Part shown: one piece after another, positions 11,828 through 27,000 of the stretch
How positions within the stretch are numbered: the stretch's first letter is position 1
Layout: each line of letters begins with the position of its first letter
Source: the human T2T-CHM13v2.0 reference genome, Homo sapiens
Assembly: GCF_009914755.1 (NCBI RefSeq)
Contig: NC_060940.1
DNA length: 64,000 bases
Strand: one strand, 5' to 3'
The notes under the pieces: generated by a model
Databases searched by the model: none
What the model was told of the DNA's origin: nothing
The model's input: the letters and a program-made list of their open reading frames with translations, nothing else
Translations under genes and position numbers: made by a program

Positions 11828-14800
11828 TCCGTACGATTCCATTCTGTGATGATTCCATGTGATTGCATTCAATGATGATTCCTTTCGATTGCATTCGATT
11901 ATGATTCATTTCGTGTTCATTCTATGGTTCCACAGGTTTCCATTCGTGTCCATTCCATTATTCCATTCTATTCCATTTGATGATGATTCCATTCGATTCC
12001 ATTCATTGGTGATTCCACTCAATTCCATTCAATGATTCCATTCCATTTCTTTCAACAATGATTCCATTAGTTTCTAATCGATGATCCACTTGATTCCATT
12101 TGACGACGATTCCATTCTTGTCCATTCGATGATTCCATTTGATTCCATATGATGATGATTCCATTCGATTCCATACCATGATGATTCCATTCGAGTCCAT
12201 TCAATGGTGATTCCATTCAATTCCATTCGATGATTCCTTTGGATTCCATTCGATGATGATGGCATTCGATTCCTTTCAATCATTCCCTTTGATTCCATTC
12301 AAAGGTGATTTCATTCAAGTCCATTCGATAATTGCATTCGATTCCATTCTATGATGATTCCATTCGAGTCCATTTGATGATTCCATTCTATTCAAGTCAA
12401 TGATGATTCCATTCGATTCCATTCGATGATTCCATTGGATTCCATTCGATGATGATTCCATTCAAATCCATTCGATAATTCAATTCAAGTCCATTCGATG
12501 ATGATTCCAATCGAATCCATTCAAAGATTCCATTCAGTTCCATTCGATGATTCCCTTAGATTCCATTCGATGATTCCACTTGATTGCATTTACGATGATT
12601 CCATTCGATTCCATGTGATGATTCCATTCAATTCTATTCAATGATGTCTCCATTTGATTCCATTCGACCATGATTGCCTTTGATTCCATTCAATGATTCC
12701 ATTCGGTTCCGTTTGATGATGATTCCGTTCGATTCCATTTGATGATTCCATTTGATTCCATTGGATGAGTCCATTCGATTACATTCGATGATTATTCCAT
12801 TCGAGTGCATTAGATGATTCCATTCGAGTCCATTCGATGATTCCATTCGATTCCATTCGATGTTGATTCTGTTCAAATCCATTCGATGATTCCACTCGAT
12901 TCCATTCGTTGACTCCATTTGATCCCATTCGATGATTTCCTTTGATTCCCTTTGATGATCATTCCATTTGATTCAATTCGGTGATTTCATTTGATTCCAT
13001 TCAGTGATGTTTCCATTCGACTCCATTCGATGATGATTCCATTCGACTCCATTCGATTATGATTTCATTCAATTCCATTCGATAATGATTCCCTTCGAGT
13101 CCATTCGATGATTCCATTCGATTCCATTCAACGATGATTTGATTCGTGTCCATTCGATGATTCCATTTGATTCCACTTGATGATGATTCCATTCGAGTCC
13201 ATTTGATGATTCCATTCAATTCCATACTCCGATGATTTCTTTTGAGCCCACTCAATGCTTCCACTCGATTCCATATGATGATGACTCCATTCCATGAAAT
13301 TCGATGATGATTCCATTCGCTTGCTTTCGATGATGATTCCACTTGAGTCCGTTAGAAGATTCTATTCAATTACATTCCAGGACGATTCCGTTCGAGTCCA
13401 TTTGATGATTCCATTAGACTCCATTCGACGATGATTCCATTCGATGTTATTCGATGATTCCATTCGATCTCATTCGATGATGATTCCATTCAACTCCATT
13501 CGATGTTTCCATTCGAGTTCATTCTATTATTCCATTAGATTCCATTCGATGATGATTCCATTCGATTCCATTTGATGATTGCATTCTATTTCATTTGATG
13601 ATGATTCCATTCGAGTCCACTCGATGATTCCATTCGAGTCCATTTAATGAATCCATTGGTTTCAATTCTATGATGATTACATTGGATTCCATTCGTTGAT
13701 GATTTCATTCGGTTCCATTCAATGATGATTCCATTCAATTCCTTTCAATGTTTCCATTCAATTCCATACGATGATGATTCCATTTGATTTGATTCGACAG
13801 TGAGCCATTCGATTCAATTCCATGACGATTCTATTTTATTCAATTGGTTGACATTTCCATTCGATTCCATTCGATGATGATTCCCTTTGATTCCGTTCAA
13901 AGATGATTCCATTCTAGCCCATTCAATCATTCCATTCGATTCTATTCAATGATGATTCCATTCATGTCGATTTGGTGATTCCATTTGACTTCATTTGATG
14001 ATGATTCCTTTCAAGTTCATTAGATGATTCCATTCGATTCCATTTGATGATGATCCCATTCGAGTCCATTCAGTGATTCCATTCGTTTCTATTCCATGAT
14101 GATTCCATTCCTTTCCATTCAATGATTGCATTCGATTCCGTTTGATGATGATTTCATTCGAGTCCATTTGATGATTCCATTTGATTCCATTCGATGATGA
14201 TTCCATTCGAGTCCATTCGATGATTCTATTCGAATCCATTTGATGATTTCTTTTGATTATATTTGGTGATGATTCCATTGGAGTCCATTCAATGATTCCA
14301 TTCTATTCCAATCGATGATGATTCCATTAGAGTCCATTTAATGATTCCATTTGATTCCAGTCTCTGATGATTACATTCGAGTCCATACGATGATTCTACT
14401 CAATTCCATATGATGATGATTCCATTTGATTCCATTCGGTGATTCCATTCTATTCTATTCAATGGTGATTCCATTCGAGTACATTAGATGATTCCATTCG
14501 ATTCCATTCAATGATGATTCTATTTGTGTCCCTTAGATGATTCCACATGATTCCATTAGATGATGATACTATTTGAGCCCATCCAATGATTCCCTTCGAT
14601 TCCATTCGATGAGGATTCCATTCGATTCAATTCATTGGTGATTCTATTCAATTCAATTCTTTGATTCCATTCCATTCCATTCGACAATGATTCCATTCGA
14701 TTTCTTTCGATGATTCCACTCGATTCCACTTGACATTGATTCCATTCGATTCCATTCAATGATTCCATTTGATTCCAGTGGATGATGATTGCCATCGATT

Positions 14801-17800
14801 CCATTCGATCACTCCATTCTATTCCATTTGATGATGATTACATTCGATTCCATTTGATGATTCCATCTGATTCTATTCGAGGATTCCATTTGATTCCATT
14901 CGATGATGATTCCATTCGAGTCCATTCGATGATTTCATTCGAGTACATCCAATGATTCCATTCGAGTCCATTAGATGATTCCATTTGATTCCATTTGAAA
15001 ATGATTCTACTAGAGTCCATTCAATGACTCCATTCGAGTCCATTCAACAATTCCATTCGACTCCATTCGATGATTCCATTCGATTCCATTTGATGGTTCC
15101 ATTCGAGTCCATTTAATCATTACAGTCGAGTCCATTTGGTGATTCCACTGGATTTCTTTTGATAATGATACCATTCAATTACATTTGATGATGATCCCAT
15201 TCAATTTCATTTGATGATGATTCCATTAGAGTCCATTCGATGATTTCATTCGAGTCCCTTCATTGATTCCATCCGATTTCATTGGATGATGACTCCATTC
15301 GAGTCCATTCGATGATTCCACTCGATTCCATTAGATGACTCCATTGGAGCCCATTTGATTGTTCCATTCGATTCCATTCGATTCCTTTCGAAGATTATTC
15401 CATTTGAGTCCATTCGATGATGATTCCATTCCATTCCATTTGATGATTCCGTTTGATTCCATTCGATGATTCCCTTCGATTCCTTTCTTTGATGATTCCA
15501 TTCCATTCCATTCAATGATTCCATTCGAATCTATTCCATGATGATTCCTTTCGATTCCATTCGCTGATGTTTCCGTTCAATTCCATTCGATGATGATTCC
15601 ATTCGATTCCATTCATTGAGGATTCCATTTGATTCCATTCAATGATGATTCCATTCTATTCCATTCAATGATTGCATTCAATTCCATTCAATGATTATCC
15701 CATTAGAGTAAACTCAACGATTCCATTCAATACCATTCGATGATGATTCCTTTTGAGTCCATTCAATGATTTCATTCAAGTCCATTTGATGATTCCTTTC
15801 AATTCCATTCTATGATGATTCCATTCGAGTCCATTCGATGATTCCATTCGATTGCATTCGATGATTCCATTATATTCCATTCAACGGTGATTCCATTCGA
15901 GTACATTCCATGATTCCATTAGAGTACATTTAATGATTGCTTTGTTTTCAATTCGAAGATGATTACATTGGATTCCATTCTATGATACCATTCGATTCCA
16001 TTCAATGATGATTCCACTCAAATCCATTGGATGATTCCATTCGTGTCCATTCGGTGATTTCATTAGATTCCATTCGAGGATGATTCCATTCGATTCCATT
16101 CGATGATTCCATTCAATTCCATTCGATGATGATTCCATTCCAGTCCATATGATCATTCCATTTGATTTCATTCGATGATGATTCCATTCGATTCCATTCG
16201 ACGATTCCATTCTATTCCATTCGATGATGATTCCATTCGAGTCCATTCGATGATTCCATTCGAGTCCATTTAATGATTCCATTGGGTTCAATTCAATGAT
16301 GATTACATTGGATTCCGTTCTATGATTCCATTCAATTCCGTTCATTGACAATTTGATTCCATTCGATGATGATTCCATTTGAGTTCATTCGATGATTCTA
16401 TTCGATTCTCTTCGATGTTGATTCAATTCTATTATATTGGATGATTCCATTCGATTCCATTTGATGTTGATTCAATTCGATTCTATTCGATGATGATTCC
16501 ATTGGATTTCACTTGATGATTCTATTCGATTCCATTCAATGATGATTCACTTCTCGTCCATTGGATGATTCCATTTCATTCCATTCGATGATGATTCCAT
16601 TCGATTCCATTCGATGATTCCATTTGATTCCATGCGACGGTGAGCAATTCGATTCAATTCCATGATGATTCTATTTGATTCAATTAGATGATGTTTCCAT
16701 TCGAATCCATTCCATGATTATTCCATTGGAATCCATTCGGCGATGATTCCATATGAGTCAATTCAATGATGATTCCATATGGGTCCGTTCGATGATAATT
16801 CCATTTGATTTCATTCGATGCTTCTATTCTATTCCAGTCGATGATGATTCCGTTGGAGTCCATACGATGATTCCATTTGATTTCATTTGATGATGATTCC
16901 ATTCGATGATGATTACATTGGATTCCATTCTATGATTCCATTCAATTCCATTCGTTGATGATTCGATTCCATTCAATGATGATTCCATTTGAGTTCATTC
17001 GATGATTCTATTCGATTCCGTTCGATGGTGATTCAATTCTATTATATTGGATGATTCCACTCGATTCCATTTGATGATTATTCCATTGGAGTCCACTTAG
17101 TGAATCCTTTAGATTCTACTCGACGATGATTCCATTCGAGTCCATTCGATGATACCATTCAATTCCATTCGTTGATGCTTCCATTCAAGTGCATTCGATG
17201 ATATCATTCGATTCCATTTGATGATAATTCCATTTGATTCCATGCGATGATTCTATTCGATTCCATTCAATGATATTTCCATTCAATTCAGTGATTCCTC
17301 TGGACTCCATTTGATGATGATTCCATTCAATGATTCCATTCGATTCTATTCGAAAATGATTCCATTTGAATCCATTTGATGATGATTCCATTAGATTCCA
17401 TTTGATGATTCCATTCGATTCCATTCGACGATGATTCCATTCGATTCCGTTTGATGATTCCATTCTATTCTATTCGATGATGATTCCATTCGATTCCATT
17501 CGATGATGATTGGATTCGATTCCATTTGATGATTTCATTTGATTCCATTCGTTAATGATTTCGATCAATTCCATTCGATGATTCCATTCGATTCCATTCG
17601 ATAATGATTACATCCGGGTCCATTCGATGATTCCCTTTGAGCCTGTTCGATAATTCCATTTGAGTCCAACCAATGATTCCATTCATTTCCATTCAATGAT
17701 TCCATTCGAGTCCATTTGATCATTCCGGTAGGGTCCATTCGATGTTGATTCCATTGGAGTGCATTCGATGATTCCATTCGAGTCCATTTTAGGATTTGAT

Positions 17801-17939
17801 TCGAGTCCTTTCGATGATTCCATTCGATTCCACTCGATGATGATTTCATTCGAGTCCATTCGACACTTCCAATCGATTCCATTTGATGATTCCATTCGAG
17901 TCCAATTGATGATTCCATTCAATTCCATTCGATGATGAT
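11828..17939 (+). repeat. Macro-unit 3 (6112 bp, A-type)
   Basis: Landmark 11613 to 17725; ORF 12003 to 18115. Confidence 0.93.
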
Positions 17940-20900
17940 TCCGTACGATTCCATTCTGTGATGATTCCATGTGATTGCATTCAATGATGATTCCTTTCGA
18001 TTGCATTCGATTATGATTCATTTCGTGTTCATTCTATGGTTCCACAGGTTTCCATTCGTGTCCATTCCATTATTCCATTCTATTCCATTTGATGATGATT
18101 CCATTCGATTCCATTCATTGGTGATTCCACTCAATTCCATTCAATGATTCCATTCCATTTCTTTCAACAATGATTCCATTAGTTTCTAATCGATGATCCA
18201 CTTGATTCCATTTGACGACGATTCCATTCTTGTCCATTCGATGATTCCATTTGATTCCATATGATGATGATTCCATTCGATTCCATACCATGATGATTCC
18301 ATTCGAGTCCATTCAATGGTGATTCCATTCAATTCCATTCGATGATTCCTTTCGATTCCATTCGATGATGATGGCATTCGATTCCTTTCAATCATTCCCT
18401 TTGATTCCATTCAAAGGTGATTTCATTCAAGTCCATTCGATAATTGCATTCGATTCCATTCTATGATGATTCCATTCGAGTCCATTTGATGATTCCATTC
18501 AATTCAAGTCAATGATGATTCCATTCGATTCCATTCGATGATTCCATTGGATTCCATTCGATGATGATTCCATTCAAATCCATTCGATAATTCAATTCAA
18601 GTCCATTCGATGATGATTCCAATCGAATCCATTCAAAGATTCCATTCAGTTCCATTCGATGATTCCCTTAGATTCCATTAGATGATCCAACTTGATTGCA
18701 TTTACGATGATTCCATTCGATTCCATGTGATGATTCCATTCAATTCTATTCAATGATGTCTCCATTTGATTCCATTCGACCATGATTGCCTTTGATTCCA
18801 TTCAATGATTCCATTCGGTTCCGTTTGATGATGATTCCGTTCGATTCCATTTGATGATTCCATTTGATTCCATTGGATGAGTCCATTCGATTACATTCGA
18901 TGATTATTCCATTCGAGTGCATTAGATGATTCCATTCGAGTCCATTCGATGATTCCATTCGATTCCATTCGATGTTGATTCTGTTCAAATCCATTCGATG
19001 ATTCCACTCGATTCCATTCGTTGACTCCATTTGATCCCATTCGATGATTTCCTTTGATTCCCTTTGATGATCATTCCATTTGATTCAATTCGGTGATTTC
19101 ATTGGATTCCATTCAGTGATGTTTCCATTCGACTCCATTCGATGATGATTCCATTCGACTCCATTCGATTATGATTTCATTCAATTCCATTCGATAATGA
19201 TTCCCTTCGAGTCCATTCGATGATTCCATTCGATTCCATTCAACGATGATTTGATTCGTGTCCATTCGATGATTCCATTTGATTCCACTTGATGATGATT
19301 CCATTCGAGTCCATTTGATGATTCCATTCAATTCCATACTCCGATGATTTCTTTTGAGCCCACTCAATGCTTCCACTCGATTCCATATGATGATGACTCC
19401 ATTCCATGAAATTCGATGATGATTCCATTCGCTTGCTTTCGATGATGATTCCACTTGAGTCCGTTAGAAGATTCTATTCAATTACATTCCAGGACGATTC
19501 CGTTCGAGTCCATTTGATGATTCCATTAGACTCCATTCGACGATGATTCCATTCGATGTTATTCGATGATTCCATTCGATCTCATTCGATGATGATTCCA
19601 TTCAACTCCATTCGATGTTTCCATTCGAGTTCATTCTATTATTCCATTAGATTCCATTCGATGATGATTCCATTCGATTCCATTTGATGATTGCATTCTA
19701 TTTCATTTGATGATGATTCCATTCGAGTCCACTCGATGATTCCATTCGAGTCCATTTAATGAATCCATTGGTTTCAATTCTATGATGATTACATTGGATT
19801 CCATTCGTTGATGATTTCATTCGGTTCCATTCAATGATGATTCCATTCAATTCCTTTCAATGTTTCCATTCAATTCCATACGATGATGATTCCATTTGAT
19901 TTGATTCGACAGTGAGCCATTCGATTCAATTCCATGATGATTCTATTTGATTCAATTGGTTGACATTTCCATTCGATTCCATTCGATGATGATTCCCTTT
20001 GATTCCGTTCAAAGATGATTCCATTCTAGCCCATTCAATCATTCCATTCGATTCTATTCAATGATGATTCCATTCATGTCGATTTGGTGATTCCATTTGA
20101 CTTCATTTGATGATGATTCCTTTCAAGTTCATTAGATGATTCCATTCGATTCCATTTGATGATGATCCCATTCGAGTCCATTCAGTGATTCCATTCGTTT
20201 CCATTCCATGATGATTCCATTCCTTTCCATTCAATGATTCCATTCGATTCCGTTTGATGATGATTTCATTCGAGTCCATTTGATGATTCCATTTGATTCC
20301 ATTCGATGATGATTCCATTCGAGTCCATTCGATGATTCTATTCGAATCCATTTGATGATTTCTTTTGATTATATTTGGTGATTATTCCATTGGAGTCCAT
20401 TCAATGATTCCATTCTATTCCAATCGATGATGATTCCATTAGAGTCCATTTAATGATTCCATTTGATTCCAGTCTCTGATGATTACATTCGAGTCCATAC
20501 GATGATTCCACTCAATTCCATATGATGATGATTCCATTTGATTCCATTCGGTGATTCCGTTCTATTCTATTCAATGGTGATTCCATTCGAGTACATTAGA
20601 TGATTCCATTCGATTCCATTCAATGATGATTCTATTTGTGTCCCTTAGATGATTCCACATGATTCCATTAGATGATGATACTATTTGAGCCCATCCAATG
20701 ATTCCCTTCGATTCCATTCGATGAGGATTCCATTCGATTCAATTCATTGGTGATTCTATTCAATTCAATTCTTTGATTCCATTCCATTCCATTCGACAAT
20801 GATTCCATTCGATTTCTTTCGATGATTCCACTCGATTCCACTTGACATTGATTCCATTCGATTCCATTCAATGATTCCATTTGATTCCAGTGGATGATGA

Positions 20901-23900
20901 TTGCCATCGATTCCATTCGATCACTCCATTCTATTCCATTTGATGATGATTACATTCGATTCCATTTGATGATTCCATCTGATTCTATTCGAGGATTCCA
21001 TTTGATTCCATTCGATGATGATTCCATTCGAGTCCATTCGATGATTTCATTCGAGTACATCCAATGATTCCATTCGAGTCCATTAGATGATTCCATTTGA
21101 TTCCATTTGAAAATGATTCTACTAGAGTCCATTCAATGACTCCATTCGAGTCCATTCAACAATTCCATTCGACTCCATTCGATGATTCCATTCGATTCCA
21201 TTTGATGGTTCCATTCGAGTCCATTTAATCATTACAGTCGAGTCCATTTGGTGATTCCACTGGATTTCTTTTGATAATGATACCATTCAATTACATTTGA
21301 TGATGATCCCATTCAATTTCATTTGATGATGATTCCATTAGAGTCCATTCGATGATTTCATTCGAGTCCCTTCATTGATTCCATCCGATTTCATTGGATG
21401 ATGACTCCATTCGAGTCCATTCGATGATTCCACTCGATTCCATTAGATGACTCCATTGGAGTCCATTTGATTGTTCCATTCGATTCCATTCGATTCCTTT
21501 CGAAGATTATTCCATTTGAGTCCATTCGATGATGATTCCATTCCATTCCATTCGATGATTCCGTTTGATTCCATTCGATGATTCCCTTCGATTCCTTTCT
21601 TTGATGATTCCATTCCATTCCATTCAATGATTCCATTCGAATCTATTCCATGATGATTCCTTTCGATTCCATTCGCTGATGTTTCCGTTCAATTCCATTC
21701 GATGATGATTCCATTCGATTCCATTCATTGAGGATTCCATTTGATTCCATTCAATGATGATTCCATTCTATTCCATTCAATGATTGCATTCAATTCCATT
21801 CAATGATTATCCCATTAGAGTAAACTCAACGATTCCATTCAATACCATTCGATGATGATTCCTTTTGAGTCCATTCAATGATTTCATTCAAGTCCATTTG
21901 ATGATTCCTTTCAATTCCATTCTATGATGATTCCATTCGAGTCCATTCGATGATTCCATTCGATTGCATTCGATGATTCCATTATATTCCATTCAACGGT
22001 GATTCCATTCGAGTCCATTCCATGATTCCATTAGAGTACATTTAATGATTGCTTTGTTTTCAATTCGAAGATGATTACATTGGATTCCATTCTATGATAC
22101 CATTCGATTCCATTCAATGATGATTCCACTCAAATCCATTGGATGATTCCATTCGTGTCCATTCGGTGATTTCATTAGATTCCATTCGAGGATGATTCCA
22201 TTCGATTCCATTCGATGATTCCATTCAATTCCATTCGATGATGATTCCATTCCAGTCCATATGATCATTCCATTTGATTTCATTCGATGATGATTCCATT
22301 CGATTCCATTCGACGATTCCATTCTATTCCATTCGATGATGATTCCATTCGAGTCCATTCGATGATTCCATTCGAGTCCATTTAATGATTCCATTGGGTT
22401 CAATTCAATGATGATTACATTGGATTCCGTTCTATGATTCCATTCAATTCCGTTCATTGACAATTTGATTCCATTCGATGATGATTCCATTTGAGTTCAT
22501 TCGATGATTCTATTCGATTCTCTTCGATGGTGATTCAATTCTATTATATTGGATGATTCCATTCGATTCCATTTGATGTTGATTCAATTCGATTCTATTC
22601 GATGATGATTCCATTGGATTTCACTTGATGATTCTATTCGATTCCATTCAATGATGATTCACTTCTCGTCCATTGGATGATTCCATTTCATTCCATTCGA
22701 TGATGATTCCATTCGATTCCATTCGATGATTCCATTTGATTCCATGCGACGGTGAGCAATTCGATTCAATTCCATGATGATTCTATTTGATTCAATTAGA
22801 TGATGTTTCCATTCGAATCCATTCCATGATTATTCCATTGGAATCCATTCGGCGATGATTCCATATGAGTCAATTCAATGATGATTCCATATGGGTCCGT
22901 TCGATGATAATTCCATTTGATTTCATTCGATGCTTCTATTCTATTCCAGTCGATGATGATTCCGTTGGAGTCCATACGATGATTCCATTTGATTTCATTT
23001 GATGATGATTCCATTCGATGATGATTACATTGGATTCCATTCTATGATTCCATTCAATTCCATTCGTTGATGATTCGATTCCATTCAATGATGATTCCAT
23101 TTGAGTTCATTCGATGATTCTATTCGATTCCGTTCGATGGTGATTCAATTCCATTATATTGGATGATTCCACTCGATTCCATTTGATGATTATTCCATTG
23201 GAGTCCACTTAGTGAATCCTTTAGATTCTACTCGACGATGATTCCATTCGAGTCCATTCGATGATACCATTCAATTCCATTCGTTGATGCTTCCATTCAA
23301 GTGCATTCGATGATATCATTCGATTCCATTTGATGATAATTCCATTTGATTCCATGCGATGATTCTATTCGATTCCATTCAATGATAATTCCATTCAATT
23401 CAGTGATTCCTCTGGACTCCATTTGATGATGATTCCATTCAATGATTCCATTCGATTCTATTCGAAAATGATTCCATTTGAATCCATTTGATGATGATTC
23501 CATTAGATTCCATTTGATGATTCCATTCGATTCCATTCGACGATGATTCCATTCGATTCCGTTTGATGATTCCATTCTATTCTATTCGATGATGATTCCA
23601 TTCGATTCCATTCGATGATGATTGGATTCGATTCCATTGGATGATTTCATTTGATTCCATTCGTTAATGATTTCGATCAATTCCATTCGATGATTCCATT
23701 CGATTCCATTCGATAATGATTACATCCGAGTCCATTCGATGATTCCCTTTGAGCCTGTTCGATAATTCCATTTGAGTCCAACCAATGATTCCATTCATTT
23801 CCATTCAATGATTCCATTCGAGTCCATTTGATCATTCCGGTAGGGTCCATTCGATGTTGATTCCATTGGAGTGCATTCGATGATTCCATTCGAGTCCATT

Positions 23901-24051
23901 TTAGGATTTGATTCGAGTCCTTTCGATGATTCCATTCGATTCCACTCGATGATGATTTCATTCGAGTCCATTCGACACTTCCAATCGATTCCATTTGATG
24001 ATTCCATTCGAGTCCAATTGATGATTCCATTCAATTCCATTCGATGATGAT
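17940..24051 (+). repeat. Macro-unit 4 (6112 bp, A-type)
   Basis: Landmark 17725 to 23837; ORF 18115 to 24227. Confidence 0.93.
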
Positions 24052-27000
24052 TCCGTACAATTCCATTCTGTGATGATTCCATGTGATTGCATTCAATGAT
24101 GATTCCTTTCGATTGCATTCGATTATGATTCATTTCGTGTTCATTCTATGGTTCTACAGGTTTCCATTCGTGTCCATTCCATTATTCCATTCTATTCCAT
24201 TTGATGATGATTCCATTCGATTCCATTCATTGGTGATTCCACTCAATTCCATTCAATGATTCCATTCCATTTCTTTCAACAATGATTCCATTAGTTTCTA
24301 ATCGATGATCCACTTGATTCCATTTGACGACGATTCCATTCTTGTCCATTCGATGATTCCATTTGATTCCATATGATGATGATTCCATTCGATTCCATAC
24401 CATGATGATTCCATTCGAGTCCATTCAATGGTGATTCCATTCAATTCCATTCGATGATTCCTTTTGATTCCATTCGATGATGATGGCATTCGATTCCTTT
24501 CAATCATTCTCTTTGATTCCATTCAAAGGTGATTTCATTCAAGTCCATTCGATAATTGCATTCGATTCCATTCTATGATGATTCCATTCGAGTCCATTTG
24601 ATGATTCCATTCAATTCAAGTCAATGATGATTCCATTCGATTCCATTCGATGATTCCATGGGATTCCATTCGATGATGATTCCATTCAAATCCATTCGAT
24701 AATTCAATTCAAGTCCATTCGATGATGATTCCAATCGAATCCATTCAAAGATTCCATTCAGTTCCATTCGATGATTCCCTTAGATTCCATTCGATGATTC
24801 CACTTGATTGCATTTACGATGATTCCATTCGATTCCATGTGATGATTCCATTCAATTCTATTCAATGATGTCTCCATTTGATTCCATTCGACCATGATTG
24901 CCTTTGATTCCATTCAATGATTCCATTCGGTTCCGTTTGATGATGATTCCGTTCGATTCCATTTGATGATTCCATTGGATTCCATTGGATGAGTCCATTC
25001 GATTACATTCGATGATTATTCCATTCGAGTGCATTAGATGATTCCATTCGAGTCCATTCGATGATTCCATTCGATTCCATTCGATGTTGATTCTGTTCAA
25101 ATCCATTCGATGATTCCACTCGATTCCATTCGTTGACTCCATTTGATCCCATTCGATGATTTCCTTTGATTCCCTTTGATGATCATTCCATTTGATTCAA
25201 TTCGGTGATTTCATTTGATTCCATTCAGTGATGTTTCCATTCGACTCCATTCGATGATGATTCCATTCGACTCCATTCGATTATGATTTCATTCAATTCC
25301 ATTCGATAATGATTCCCTTCGAGTCCATTCGATGATTCCATTCGATTCCATTCAACGATGATTTGATTCGTGTCCATTCGATGATTCCATTTGATTCCAC
25401 TTGATGATGATTCCATTCGAGTCCATTTGATGATTCCATTCAATTCCATACTCCGATGATTTCTTTTGAGCCCACTCAATGCTTCCACTCGATTCCATAT
25501 GATGATGACTCCATTCGATGAAATTCGATGATGATTCCATTCGCTTGCTTTCGATGATGATTCCACTTGAGTCCGTTAGAAGATTCTATTCAATTACATT
25601 CCATGACGATTCCGTTCGAGTCCATTTGATGATTCCATTAGACTCCATTCGACGATGATTCCATTCGATGTTATTCCATGATTCCATTCGATCTCATTCG
25701 ATGATGATTCCATTCAACTCCATTCGATGTTTCCATTCGAGTTCATTCTATTATTCCATTAGATTCCATTCGATGATGATTCCATTCGATTCCATTTGAT
25801 GATTGCATTCTATTTCATTTGATGATGATTCCATTCGAGTCCACTCGATGATTCCATTCGAGTCCATTTAATGAATCCATTGGTTTCAATTCTATGATGA
25901 TTACATTGGATTCCATTCGTTGATGAATTCATTCGGCTCCATTCAATGATGATTCCATTCAATTCCTTTCAATGTTTCCATTCAATTCCATACGATGATG
26001 ATTCCATTTGATTTGATTCGACAGTGAGCCATTCGATTCAATTCCATGATGATTCTATTTGATTCAATTGGTTGACATTTCCATTCGATTCCATTCGATG
26101 ATGATTCCCTTTGATTCCGTTCAAAGATGATTCCATTCTAGCCCATTCAATCATTCCATTCGATTCTATTCAATGATGATTCCATTCATGTCGATTTGGT
26201 GATTCCATTTGACTTCATTTGATGATGATTCCTTTCAAGTTCATTAGATGATTCCATTCGATTCCATTTGATGATGATCCCATTCGAGTCCATTCAGTGA
26301 TTCCATTCGTTTCCATTCCATGATGATTCCATTCCTTTCCATTCAATGATTCCATTCGATTCCGTTTGATGATGATTTCATTCGAGTCCATTTGATGATT
26401 CCATTTGATTCCATTCGATGATGATTCCATTCGAGTCCATTCGATGATTCTATTCGAATCCATTTGATGATTTCTTTTGATTATATTTGGTGATGATTCC
26501 ATTGGAGTCCATTCAATGATTCCATTCTATTCCAATCGATGATGATTCCATTAGAGTCCATTTAATGATTCCATTTGATTCCAGTCTCTGATGATTACAT
26601 TCGAGTCCATACGATGATTCCACTCAATTCCATATGATGATGATTCCATTCGATTCCATTCGATGATTCCATTCTATTCTATTCAATGGTGATTCCATTC
26701 GAGTACATTAGATGATTCCATTCGATTCCATTCAATGATGATTCTATTTGTGTCCCTTAGATGATTCCACATGATTCCATTAGATGATGATACTATTTGA
26801 GCCCATCCAATGATTCCCTTCGATTCCATTCGATGAGGATTCCATTCGATTCAATTCATTGGTGATTCTATTCAATTCAATTCTTTGATTCCATTCCATT
26901 CCATTCGACAATGATTCCATTCGATTTCTTTCGATGATTCCACTCGATTCCACTTGACATTAATTCCATTCGATTCCATTCAATGATTCCATTTGATTCC

